From NCBI GenBank assembly GCA_951406725.2, contig OX597842.1, forward strand, positions 33,356,001 through 33,420,000: a stretch of DNA of 64,000 nucleotides. The letters are read 5' to 3'. The notes below the pieces were generated by a model. That model was not told the origin of the DNA. It made no database searches and saw only the letters and a program-made list of their open reading frames with translations. The DNA comes from Octopus vulgaris. Lineage: Eukaryota. Position 1 is the first letter of the stretch. Each line of letters begins with the position of its first letter. Position numbers and translations under genes: made by a program. Shown here one piece after another: positions 27,612 to 41,183 of the stretch.

Positions 27612-28032
27612 GGGATCTTTTCGGTTTGACCGGCAGTTTTTAAAAATAATTTCCTCATAACTAAACACTTTTAAACTTCGTATACTGATAGAATGTGTTT
27701 ATAAAACATCTTTTTCTCTTGGCTTTATTGAGAAAATTCTATAGTTTGTAAGATATTTGTTGTTGTTTTTCTTCAATTTCTGCAGTTTAAACCAATCAAT
27801 GGCGTCTAATGAGGTAAAAAACATTCTGTGCCGTATGAATATGTCCCTCGTTTAAGAAACAGATTGTGTTTATTTACATTTCTGAAGAAAAAAAGATACC
27901 CTTCCACCCCGAACCTAACCCTAATCCTAAAACAGATTGAAATGCAATAGATCGATGCTAGGGTTATAATTATGGGTGACAATTTCACATGACACCGCTA
28001 GAAAAAAACTGCCCTTCAAACCGAAAAAGTCC
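27612..28032. mobile_element. MITE / non-autonomous DNA transposon with ~29-bp TIRs
   Basis: GGATCTTTTCGGTTTGACCGGCAGTTTTT ... AAAAACTGCCCTTCAAACCGAAAAAGTCC, no ORF, internal CCTAACCCTAA. Homologous pieces at 4680-5087. Confidence 0.8.
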
Positions 28033-28254
28033 ACAATCATTCTTGTATAAGAATTAATAACAATATTCATATAGTTATATTTTCATCCGAAAAACGGCAT
28101 CTATCTCTGATGAAACTCAAAGTAGATTTGAAACCGGTTATGTAGATGAACCTTTTCTGTTCGCGGAAGTATTGTAAACATTTGTTTACAATTGTCATAA
28201 TTGTTAACAAATGTAAACAAACTCCAAATAACGTCTCGTAACAAAGGATTTACC

Positions 28255-28802
28255 GGTGTGGTAAGTAGTTTGTTTACCAACCACATGGTTCCGGGTTCAG
28301 TCCCACTGCGTGGCACCTTGGGCAAGTGTCTTCTACTATGGCCTCGGGCCGACTAACGCCTTGTGAGTGGATTTGGTAGACGGAAACTGAAAGAAGCCCG
28401 TCGTATATACACATAGGAGTGGCTGTGTGGTAAGTAGCTTGTTTACCAACCACATGGTTCCGGGTTCAGTCCCACTGCGTGGCATCTTGGGCAAGTGTCT
28501 TCTACTATAGCCTCGGGTCGACCAAAGCCTTGTGAGTGGATTTGGTAGACGGAAACTGAAAGAAGCCCGTGGTATATATGTATATATATGTATATATATG
28601 TGTGCGTGTATGTCTGTGTTTGTCCCCCTAGCATTGCATGACAACCGATGCTGTTGTGTTTATGTCCCCGTCACTTAGATGTTCGGCAAAAGAGACCGAT
28701 AGAATAAGTACTGGGCTTACAAAGAATAAGTCCCGGGGTCGAGTTGCTCGATTAAAGGCGGTGCTCCAGCATGGCCGCAGTCAAATGACTGAAACAAGTA
28801 AA
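28255..28802 (+). mobile_element. Dominant SINE, two heads plus one tail
   Basis: Heads at about 28255 and 28415, tail ending GAAACAAGTA. Confidence 0.88.
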
Positions 28803-29215
28803 AACACAAAGATATTGAATAGATCTTCAATTTATGAATAGATATATAGCGAATAACATGATGTATATGTTGTGTCGTGTGTGTATATATATATATATCG
28901 ATAAATCGATCAATTACTAAGTGACTAAATTAATAGCGGCAAAACATTTGCAGATCGATATATTGAAGGAATGAGTATGTTCCTATTCAATCACTCAACA
29001 ACTCGTGATAATCAATTCATCTGTATAAGAAATCGATTACTCAATAGAGACAAATAGTATATAGATCGATATGTCAATATATCGATAAATTTATCTTTCA
29101 CTCATTCAATCGGTCGGTGTAATCAATAAACCAATTGAGGAATTCTTTAAAGGTCATGATATATCGATCGATATATGTATGCACATATATATTTATGTAT
29201 ATATATATATATATA

Positions 29216-29260
<45 letters not shown>

Positions 29261-29346
29261 ATGTGTGTGTGTGTGTATGTATGTACGTATGTATACATAC
29301 GTGTATGTGCATATATGTATTCGTATGTACATATATGTATGTGTAC

Positions 29347-29391
<45 letters not shown>

Positions 29392-30371
29392 TTCTGTCAT
29401 TCAGTCAATCACTTATCGATGAATATGTAAATTATCCAAGCAAATGATCGATGACAGATCGATACAAGTAATCGAACAGAAAAAATATGAAGGGTTCAAA
29501 CAATCGATGTATAGATCTATTATTAAACTCCTTAATAATTCTATCAAGCAATCAATCATTTATTTGTCAAACAATTCTAGCGGCAATCAATCATTTTATC
29601 GATTAGTAAACCAATAAATTGATTGGAAAAAACCAATCAGTTATTAAATCGATAAAATAACCAAATAATTAAAACAATTAGTCAGTTGATAAACTCCAAT
29701 AATCAAGCGAATAATCAAACAAAATTATCAATCAATAGGAATATCAATCAACTTATTAATCAATCAATCAATCAAACAATCGATTAATCCAATAATCAAT
29801 CGTTCAGTCAACTGAATGCTCAGTCAATCGATATTCGATCAATTGGTCCAACTGATTAATCAATATTTAGGTCGATAAAACTAAGAATGCATCGATCGTG
29901 CGACTTATACATACAACGTATCAATTGATCAAGCCGTAAATCAATTGCTCATACGACATATCGATAGATCGATCAAACAACATTTATCAATCGACATACC
30001 AACAGTTCGTTCAAACCAACAATCAATCGAACATGTGACGTATCAATAGATCAATAATACATGAATCAACCAGGAGATCGAACTCTGAGTTTATTCATTC
30101 GAACAATCAATCAAACGATTATTAGATCGATCAGTCAACTAATCAATCGGTTGTGTACTGGATCAATCAGTAAATGAATCTTTGAGCTACAAATCGATAA
30201 AAGTACAAGTTCAATGAAGGTGCCCTGTGGCCCTGCGAGTGTCAGTGATCCGAGACAGTAGACCTGCGCTTAGAAAATCTTGTTTTGCTTTTGTGTACAG
30301 AACGGCATCGCAGCGACCGTAGAAGCCTTCATATGAAAGACTGTAACTGCACTTCTATACATTAAGATAGT

Positions 30372-30750
30372 GGAGGCGCAGTGGCCCAGTCGTTAGGGCA
30401 GCGGACTCGCGGTCATAGGATCGCGGTTTCGATTCTCAGACCGGGCGTTGTGAGTGTTTATTGAGCGAAAACACCTAAAAGCTCCACGAGGCTCCGGCAG
30501 GGGATGGTGGTGATCCCTGCTGTACTCTTTCACCACAACTTTCTCTCACTCTTACTTCCTGTTTCTGTTGTATCTGTATTTCAAGGGGCCAGCCTTGTCA
30601 CTCTCTGTGTCACGGTGAATATCCCCGAGAACTACGTTAAGGGTGCACGTGTCTGTGGAGTGCTCAGCCATTTACACGTTAATTTCACGAGCAGGCTGTT
30701 CCGTTGATTCGGATCAACCGGAACCCTTATCGTCGTAACCGACGGAGTGC
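30372..30750 (+). mobile_element. Third tRNA-derived SINE type
   Basis: tRNA-like head GGCGCAGTGGCCCAGTCGTTAGGGCAGCGG...GGTTTCGATTC. The 3' part (CTCAGCCA...CACGTTAATTTCACGAGCAGGCTGTTCCGTTGAT...GTCGTAACCGACGGAG) is shared with 10590-10685 and 31742-31900. Confidence 0.8.
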
Positions 30751-30892
30751 TTTCATCATACATTAAGATATCAAAGGTATTAATTGATATATTATTTACA
30801 CAGACAGGTAAATCGATCGATATACAGATAGAGAAACAGGTAAATAGCTAAGAAGAAAATTAAACAAGAAGAATAAACAAGAGAAATGAATA

Positions 30893-31245
30893 GAGTGGCT
30901 GTGTGGCAAGTAGCTTGCTTACCAACCACATTGTTCCGGGTTCAATCCCACGGCGTGGCACCTTGGGCAAGTGTCTTCTACTATAGCCCCGGGCCGAACA
31001 ATGCCTTGTGAGTGGATTTGGTAGACGGAAACTGAAAGAAGCCCGTCGTATATATGTATATATATATATATATATATATAGGCGCAGGAGTGGCTGTGTG
31101 GTAAGTAGCTTGCTAACCAACCACATGGTTCCGGGTTCAGTCCCACTGCGTGGCACCTTGGGCAAGTGTCTTCTTCTATAGCCTCGGACCGACCAAAGCC
31201 TTGTGAGTGGATTTGGTAGACGGAAACTGAAAGAAGCCCGTCGTA

Positions 31246-31283
<38 letters not shown>

Positions 31284-31695
31284 CGCTGGAGTGGCTGTGT
31301 GGTAAGTAGCTTGCTAACCAACCAAATGGTTCCGGGTTCAGTCCCACTGCGTGGCATCTTGGGCAAGTGTCTTCTGCTACAGCCCCGGGTCGACCAAAGC
31401 CTTGTGAGTGGATTTGGTAGACGGAAACTGAAAGAAGCCCGTCGTATATATGTATATATATGTATATGTATGTGTGTGTATGTGTTTGTGTGTCTGTGTT
31501 TGTCTCCCTAGCATTGCTTGACAACCGATGTTGGTGTCTTTACGTCCCCGTCACTTAGCGGTTCGGCAAAAGAGACCGATAGAATAAGTACTGGGCTTAC
31601 AAGAAGAATAAGTCCCGGGGTCGATTTACTTGACTAAAGGCGGTGCTCCAGCATGGCCGCAGTCAAATGACTGAAACAAGTAAAAGAGAAAAAGA
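30893..31695 (+). mobile_element. Dominant SINE, three tandem heads plus one tail
   Basis: Heads at about 30893, 31080 and 31281, each ending GAAGCCCGTCG(TA)n; single 3' half. Confidence 0.9.
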
Positions 31696-31741
31696 GATTA
31701 CTTGTCAGATAGAAAGGTAAATTGATAGGTATGTACTTGCT

Positions 31742-32060
31742 CTCCGTTGATTACGAGAACCAGGGTTCCAGTTTGATCCGATCAACGGAACAACCGGTCC
31801 ATGAAATTAACCTGCAAGTGGCTAAGTACTCCACAGACATGTGTACCCTTAACGTAGTTCTCAAAGAGATTCAGCGTGACACAGAATATGATAGGGCTGA
31901 CCCCGTTTTCATTACAGGTACAGCTCATTTTTGCCAGCTGCGTCGACTAGAGCAACGTGAAATGAAGTGTCTTGTTGAAGGACATGACGCGGTGCCGGGA
32001 TTTGAACTCACGGCCTAATGATCGCGAGCCAAATACCTTAACCACGTGGCCACACGCCTT
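31742..32060 (-). mobile_element. tRNA-head SINE with CORE-like segment and the shared 3' tail
   Basis: Minus strand: head, CAAGACACTTCATTTCACGTTGCTC...CAGCTGGCAAAAATGAG, then the same tail as 30372-30750. Confidence 0.75.
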
Positions 32061-32147
32061 CGGTAGATAGATAAACATCTGATTACCTGAGGTAAAACTG
32101 ATTGAAAAATTGTAGATGTAAATAATGTAAATATATATATATATATA

Positions 32148-32309
32148 GGCGCGGGAGTGGCTGTGTGGTAAGTAGCTTGCTTACCAACCACATGGTTCCG
32201 TGTTCAGTCCCACTGCGTGGCACCTTGAGCAAGCGTCTTCTACTATAGCCTCGGGCTGACCAAAACCTAGTGAGTGGATTTGGTAGAAGGAAACTGAAAG
32301 AAGTCCATC

Positions 32310-32348
<39 letters not shown>

Positions 32349-32508
32349 TATTTATAGGAGTGGCTGTGTGGTAAGTAGCTTGCTTACCGACCACATGGTG
32401 CCGGGTTCAGTCCCACTGCGTGACACCTTGGGCGAGTGTCTTCTACTATAGCCTCGAGCTGACCAAAGCCTTGATTTGGTAGACGGAAGCTGAGGGAAGC
32501 CCGTCGTA
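32148..32508 (+). mobile_element. Two tandem SINE heads without tail
   Basis: Heads at about 32148 and 32357 separated by (TA)n. Confidence 0.85.
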
Positions 32509-32811
32509 TATATGTATATATATACGACGGGAAACATGGGTGCTTCGTTCTTCATTCTAAAACACCCCTTATTCAGGGACCCTTTGAGCAGAATTGGCTA
32601 CCTGACCCGAAGGAAGTTCTGACTGAATCCCACCTGCAAATCATGCGCTGTTTGCCTTGATATGAGATCACCATGTCGCGCACATATGGTTTGTGATGCA
32701 TGTGCCTGGTGTACCCTTATCAGACGAGTAGTCACGATGGTTATATTGGGCTTCATATATTTGTACCCCAGTGTCACTCTTAGAGTATGGACTGCTCTCT
32801 CACTTAAAAAT

Positions 32812-32870
<59 letters not shown>

Positions 32871-32893
32871 TGATACTGATTATTATTATTATT

Positions 32894-33236
32894 CAGTAGT
32901 TTTATGTTTATAGCGTGCTTTCACTTCTCTACCGAGCGCAGCTCTGTGTGCCTTGGGTATGTGCTGTGATTTGTTGTGATGCTCTGATGGTTATTGTATG
33001 GAAAGTGCTCTGCGTAGGATGTGTGCAGTGCCTAGTAGTGCAATTTTCTGTATGTTATATGTGTTTGTAAGTCCTGGTGTTTTTGTTATGTATTTGTCTG
33101 AATATTTTCTTTATCATGCCTAATGCACCTACTATGATAGGAATTGCTTCTGTTTTTAGATTCCACATTCTGATTAGCTCTATTTCCAGGTCTTTGTATT
33201 TTGAAAAGTTTCTCCATTTCTTTTAGAGACACGTTG

Positions 33237-33238
<2 letters not shown>
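32894..33238 (-). mobile_element. 5'-truncated R4/Dong-clade non-LTR retrotransposon remnant (C-terminus of RLE domain plus 3' UTR)
   Basis: With two +1 frameshifts the minus strand reads DNVSLKEMEKLSKYKDLEIELIRMWNLKTEAIPIIVGALGMIKKYSDKYITKTPGLTNTYNIQKIALLGTAHILRRALSIQ* (stop 32993-32991). This matches the KxxKYxDL...PIVxGALG...QKxxLLGTAxILR ending of R4/Dong ORFs. (AAT)n lies on both sides of the sense strand. Confidence 0.85.
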
Positions 33239-33270
<32 letters not shown>

Positions 33271-33338
33271 CATTATTAGTATTATTATTATCATTATAAT
33301 AATGATAATTATTATTATTATCATTATCATTATTATTA

Positions 33339-33433
<95 letters not shown>

Positions 33434-33909
33434 TACTAAATCTGGAATAAACACCTGAAGACAGCGACACATCAAACGAACCGAAGCATAATGTAGATAT
33501 AAATATTATAAATACACATAACTCGGAATATGGAGTTAATAGCGTGGAAAAGATCGAAGTCAATTAATCGATAAAATGATAAAATGATAAATAATAATGG
33601 TACAGAGACAATCCTTCTAAGCAATCGCCATCACCACCACCTTCACACGGCATAAGAAAATATATAATTGATAAATGATTTAATTACTCGATTATTTAAT
33701 TAAATAATAATGGGGTTGGTGATTGCTTAGTTCAAGTAAATACTTGTTGAAATTAAGCAATCGAAACGAAAAACTTGTGTGTATATGTGTGTATATAACT
33801 ATGTATGTATGTATGTATGTATGTATGTATGTATGTATGTATGTATATATATGTATGTATGTATGTATGTATTTATGTATGTATGTATGTCCCTATGTAT
33901 GTATGTATG

Positions 33910-33940
<31 letters not shown>

Positions 33941-34172
33941 ATATGTATGTATGTATGTATGTGTATGTATGTATGTATGTATATATGTATGTATGTATAT
34001 ATGTATGTATGTATGTATATATATGTATGTATGTATGTAAGTATGTATGTATGTATGTATGTGTGTATGTATGTATGTGTGTATGTATGTATGTATGTAT
34101 GTATGTATGTATGTATGTATGCCCCTATGTATGTATGTATGCATGTATCTACCTATCTATCTATCTATATAT

Positions 34173-34206
<34 letters not shown>

Positions 34207-34279
34207 TAGATAAATAGTATGCATAAATATATCTATATGTATGTGTACAGACACGAATGTACATATATTAACACACAAG

Positions 34280-34332
<53 letters not shown>

Positions 34333-34384
34333 GTATGTATATATATATATATATGTGTGTATATATATAAAAATATACATATAC

Positions 34385-34416
<32 letters not shown>

Positions 34417-34586
34417 ATACATATGTGTATATATATATACATTTATGTATATATATATATATATACATATACACATATGTAAAAATACATATGTATAATA
34501 TGTGCAGACACACACATACAGATATATACAACAACGAGACTTTATAGCTTATAGACTAATCTATCGAAGGTTACAAGATATGCACA

Positions 34587-34617
<31 letters not shown>

Positions 34618-34883
34618 GCGCACACACACACACACACTCCTAAATGCATATGAGATGGTGCGTAACTACTCCATCGCACACACAAACACACACACATGTA
34701 TACTTATGTGTGTATATAGATATATATATATATATATATATGGGGAGAAAGAGAGAGAGGGAAAGAGAAACATGTACACGCATATATATATACATATATA
34801 TATATATACACACACACATACAGATATACGGAAATATATATTTCTTCATAGATACATGCACTTATGTTTATATTCATGTTCAT

Positions 34884-34945
<62 letters not shown>

Positions 34946-35086
34946 TTATATATACATATATACATATTTATATATGTTTATATATATACATCTCTTTCTT
35001 TCACTCTCTATTTATATACATATATATATGTATATACATATATATGTGTATATATATATTTGTATGTATACGTATATACATGTCTT

Positions 35087-35124
<38 letters not shown>

Positions 35125-35161
35125 CATACATAAATATATACATATATAGACACACACACAT

Positions 35162-35236
<75 letters not shown>

Positions 35237-35325
35237 CGCACACATATACCCATATACACACACCGATCAATCTACAAACAGGTGTACACAAAATCATAGT
35301 ATGATTACGCAGACACACACTCACA

Positions 35326-35365
<40 letters not shown>

Positions 35366-35997
35366 ATCACTCATACATGTACACAAACCCACAGACACAC
35401 GGACAGACATACAGACACACACACCGACAGGCCGACAGACAGACAGACAGATACAAACAAACTAATTCTTAGATGCAAACCGATAGATCAAAAGAATGAA
35501 GTTGGCTGGAGTTTGTCGAAGAATTTGTCTGAGAGACAGATTTGGATTTTTTCCAAAGACAGATAACAAATTATGTCCATTCTCTCAATAGACTTGCAGA
35601 CAGCAAGCGGTCGGTAATAACTTCAAAATATCTGATGGTGGAGATTGCGAGTTCGAATTCGCTTGGGAATATCACGTTTTTGTAGAATGATGGTGTAGTT
35701 TTTTTCCTTTATGATATATATATATATATATTGTGTATATAGAAAGATTTTGATATTTGTGTTTGCGTGTGATATAAAGAGAAAGACTATATAGATTATA
35801 TATAAATAAACAAAGATTATAAAGATTTATATATATGTATATATATATATATGTATGTATATATGTGTGTATATTTATGCACACAAATATACATACATAT
35901 ACATAGTACATATAAGAAGAGAAGGAAAGGTCATGTGTATGCACACACAGTAACACGCACAAATATATATATATATGTGTGTATATATATGTATGTA

Positions 35998-36036
<39 letters not shown>

Positions 36037-36461
36037 TTTTAGGTATATATGTATATATGTATACATATATACCTATATATGTATATATAAACACATATAT
36101 CTTTACATGTGTATATAAGCATACATGTATATATATATATATGTGTGTGTGTGTGTATGTGTGTGTGTGTGTGTGAGTGTAGGTATACATATATATAATT
36201 ACATATCTATACATGTATATTTGCACATATATATCTATCTATAAATATATATATATATATAAAGGGAGTGGGAGAGAGCGCGAGAGAGGGAGCTAAGAAG
36301 AAACTTGTGACCCAGGAGATACAAGATTATAGTATGATTACGCAGACACACACTCACACACACACATATATATTCATACACACACGCGCGCGCGCGCAGG
36401 ATAAAACATACATAAAATATACGCATGTATATACATACACACACACACAATCACACACACA

Positions 36462-36499
<38 letters not shown>

Positions 36500-36899
36500 T
36501 GTATGTATATATATATACACACGCACACATATATGAAAAGAAAGAGAGGAAAAGACCGTTGCAGGAATATACTTGCGTCAAAACCCAATAAAAATTTTAG
36601 ATCGAGAGTAAAATGTTCCTAACAATGAATCACGTGACTACCGGGCACATCTCAGTTTCTTGGGACACGTTAATAACATGACATCGTTAGTCACGTGCCA
36701 AGACGAAAATTTTCCCTTCTGATATTGGGTAAATTGTGTATTAAACATTCATTGATATTGCGTTTAGCTGCCGAGCTGAATAAAAAAACCTTGCACGCAG
36801 TTAAGACAGCATAGGATTAAAATAGCCACTTGTATATCGTACTAAATGTGCATACAAAAAGCTTGCTTTCAAACTACATTGTTTCGAGTTGAGTGCCAC

Positions 36900-37000
36900 A
36901 GCTATAGTAGAAGACACTTGCCCAAAGTGCCACGCAGTGGGACTGAACCCGGACCCATGTGGTTGGTTAGCAAGCTACTTACCACACAGCCACTCCTACG

Positions 37001-37042
<42 letters not shown>

Positions 37043-37200
37043 TAAGATGGGCTTCTTTCAGTTTCCGTCCACCAAATCCACTCACAAGGCTTTAGTCAGC
37101 TCGAGGCTATAGTAGAAGACACTTGCCCAAGGTGTCACGCAGTGGAACTGAACCCGGAACCATGTGGCTGGTAAGCAAGCTACTTACCACACAGCCACTC
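36900..37200 (-). mobile_element. Two tandem SINE heads
   Basis: Reverse-complement head motifs twice, separated by (TA)n. Confidence 0.85.
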
Positions 37201-37596
37201 ATATGCCTACATATATATAGAACTTAGCAGTTTAATTTCACGAGTTATCTGTTCCGTTGATCGGATCAACTGGAAAAAAAAAACTGATCGTCATCGTCTC
37301 AACCGACGAAATACCATCTTAAATATCCCACTGGATGCGTTTACATTTGAGAATAGCTGGTGGCTGATGTACCCGGCTGTGTATAGGCGATACTCTCAAG
37401 AAATGCATCCACCCCACTCACGACGCACACAATTATATTTATTTAATAAACAACTGAATTCAATTAGGATTTCTAATAAGCTATCCCCATCCTCCTCCGC
37501 CTCCTCTACTCCTTCCTCTTCTTCTCTGCTTTTGTTTTGTTTTAAAACAATTTCATTTTTCTCTTTCATCTTAAATACTCTGCTAATGGGACATAC

Positions 37597-37630
37597 CTGC
37601 ACGCAACCCAGCGAAACCACGGACAGACAT
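37597..37630 (-). CDS. Pax6: Candidate ATG-bearing first coding exon of Pax6 ([11 protein letters not shown]+G)
   Basis: cctccATG TCT GTC CGT GGT TTC GCT GGG TTG CGT GCA G|gtatgt. Strong CAG|GTATGT donor in phase 1; G+GG gives Gly and joins in frame as [21 protein letters not shown]. It is a small GC-rich unique island among microsatellites. No transcript evidence. Confidence 0.45.
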
Positions 37631-37644
37631 GGAGGGATGTACAG

Positions 37645-37780
37645 GAAGAGAGAGAGAGAGAGAGAGAGTCAAGGAGAGAGAGAGCCAAGGAGAGAGAGAG
37701 AGAGCCAATGAGAGAGAGAGAGAGCCAAGGAGAGAGAGAGAGCCAAGGAGAGAGAGAGAGAGCCAAGGAGAGAGGGGGAG
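37645..37780. repeat. (GAGCCAAGGAGAGAGAGA)n short tandem repeat directly 5' of the candidate ATG exon
   Basis: About six units of GCCAAGG/GCCAATG/GTCAAGG separated by (GA)n. Confidence 0.8.
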
Positions 37781-37971
37781 TGGGAAAAAGACATGCATAT
37801 ACAAAGATACATATATAAATATATATTATATATATTTATATTATATATATATTATATATGTATATAGATATATGTATATTTATATGTATACAGATATATA
37901 TATATATATATGTGTATATTCATATGTATACACACATATATACATGTATATACACATATATATATATATAC

Positions 37972-38015
<44 letters not shown>

Positions 38016-38237
38016 GCATGTATAATTATAAACATGTCAAACAATATCACTTTATAAATACACAACTATATCATTTTACATATGTATATATACATACATA
38101 CATGTATATACATACACACACACACATATATATACATATATCAGTATCTGTTTCTGTGTCTATATACACTACATATCCTCTTTTGTGTAATAGTACTTAT
38201 AATTAAACGCACACACACCTGTAATATATATTTATGC

Positions 38238-38270
<33 letters not shown>

Positions 38271-38978
38271 TATATACAAATATTAAGCGTGTTAATTGCA
38301 TATCTGTTTGATGTCATTATCACTATTACCTCTCTTTGTCGAAGCCGCGCCGCCTGCCTGTCTCTCTCTCCGTCTTCCCCCACTCTCTCTTTCTACACAC
38401 ATACACACATATATATACATATATACATTTATATACCTGTATATACAAGGTACATCTCTGATTGAGACATCTCATTGTACTCCGGGGTGTTTAAACACAC
38501 TACTTAATTCTCAAACACAAAAGCCGATGATGTGCTTCATACACAGATATATACACACATATATACACACACATATATATATATACATATATATGCCTAT
38601 CTATTTCATGTTCCTTTTTCGATGTCGCTTGGTTGAGTGGATCGTATTTTTTTGTGCGTATGTGTTTTATGACAATATTTCACGGTTTGTGTACTTCTTT
38701 TTACTTTCTTTATCATATCTTGTTATATCGTATGTGGAATTAAAGTTAACAAGCGTTAAGTATTACATACATACATACATATACTTATACACACACGCTC
38801 TCTCTATACATATATATATACACACACGAACACACACAAACTTCCATGTGTGTGTATTTGTGTTCTATATACTCAATGTATTCTTTCATTAAAGCGATCT
38901 TTTTTTGTTGTGGATTGGTGATGTTAAAATCACAAATTGTAAAGACTTAATTTCCGACGACTCTTAAAGTTTATATGG

Positions 38979-39033
<55 letters not shown>

Positions 39034-40025
39034 AGGACTTCGATCGAAGGAGTATTTTATTTGCCCATATTAGGAGCCAAAATAACAATTATAGCCACTT
39101 TAATACTAACTACTATACTATACACCAGATAATATTTTCTACTCTGGGCACAAGGCCCGAAATTTTGAGGGTTGGGGGCCAGTAAATTATATCGACCCAG
39201 TATGCAACCGGTGCTTAATTTATCAATCCTGAAAAGATGAAAGGTAAAGTCGACCTCGGTGGAATTTGAACTCTGAACGTAATGACAGACGAAATATCTA
39301 TTTCTTTACTATCCACAAGGGGCTAAACATAGAGGGGACAAACAAGGACAGACAGACGGATTAAGTCGAATATATCGACCCCAGTGCGCAACTGGTACTT
39401 AATTTATCGACCCCAAAAGGATGAAAGGCAAAGTCGACCTCGGTGGAATTTGAACTCAGAACGTAATGACAGACGAAATACCTCTAAGCATTTTACCCAG
39501 CGTGCTAACGTTTCTGCCAGCTCGCCGCCTTTATACACCAGATAATGTAGTCCTAGATACACTATGCCTGAATAAAAGACGGGATGGTCACAGCTGGAGC
39601 ATCTTTGATCATAGGTCTGTCTGGATCAGGTCTGACCTTGGGCTAAACAACAACCACAGCCACTAATACTAACTACTATACTAAACATTAGATAATGTAG
39701 TCCTAGATACACTATAACTGAATAAAAATAAAATGGTCACAGGTGGAACGTATTTGATCATAGGTCCACCAGCATCAGGACTGACCTGGGGCTAAACTTT
39801 TCCAATAGTACAAGAATCCTATAAAGAGATCCTAAACTTGTGTTTGGAACACATTTTCTCTTTGTTTTGGCATCAAATTCTTCAGACTAAACACAAACCA
39901 ATTCCTCGTTGATCAGTCTATTCTTATCTTTTACGAATTCTTGTATATATTCTCACCTCATATACACATACATAGATACATACATACATATGTTGATATG
40001 AGAAATAGAGAGAAGAAATAAGTGG

Positions 40026-40125
<100 letters not shown>

Positions 40126-40261
40126 GCAGAACGTGCAATGGTGACACAAGAAACACAGAAGATGTAAGCAAAGAAGAAGAGTTTAAGAGATTAGATGAGG
40201 CCGTTACGATCCTTGCTTCCGGCCATATTTCTTTTTGTCTCAAACACCTTGTGTGATTATA

Positions 40262-40306
<45 letters not shown>

Positions 40307-40324
40307 AATAAATAAATATATATA

Positions 40325-40356
<32 letters not shown>

Positions 40357-40378
40357 AATAAATAAATAAATATATATA

Positions 40379-40425
<47 letters not shown>

Positions 40426-40443
40426 AATAAATAAATATATATA

Positions 40444-40558
<115 letters not shown>

Positions 40559-40829
40559 GTATGTATGGCTGTATGTATATACGTTTGTACGTATCTATAT
40601 GTGCATGTGTGTATGTACGAGATTAAAAATAGATGTCGGATGTCTAATGTTGGGACGAAAATAGCAAGACACCTGACTAGAAGAAGGTGTGTATTATATG
40701 TGAAAACCACCACTGCCGCCTTCGACGCTGCTACCACTCCTACTACACCCACTGCTACGCGAGTTACTAGTACAAAATTTAACCGCTACTACTGCGGTTA
40801 GTGTTAAATAATAATGATAATAATAATAA

Positions 40830-40851
40830 TAAGAAGAAGAAGAAGAAAGAA

Positions 40852-40883
<32 letters not shown>

Positions 40884-41094
40884 TGAAGAAGAGGAGGAGG
40901 AGGAGGAAGAAGAATGAGGAAGAGAAAAAGAAGAAGAAGAAGAAGAGGAAGGAGGAGGAGAAGAAGAAGAATGAGGAGGAGGAGGAGAAGGAGAAGGAGA
41001 AGGAGAAGAAGAAGAAGAAGAAGAAGAAGAAGAAGAAGAAGAAGAAGGAGAAGAAGGAGAAGAAGAAGAAGAAGAAGAAGAGGAAGGAGAAGAA

Positions 41095-41183
<89 letters not shown>

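Noticed and set aside
27912-27930. Telomeric repeat (CCTAACCCTAA)
   Set aside because: Only about two units, internal to a MITE.
30372-30445. tRNA gene
   Set aside because: The tRNA-like A/B boxes continue into SINE body and tail, and there is no convincing cloverleaf. The same applies to the other SINE heads.
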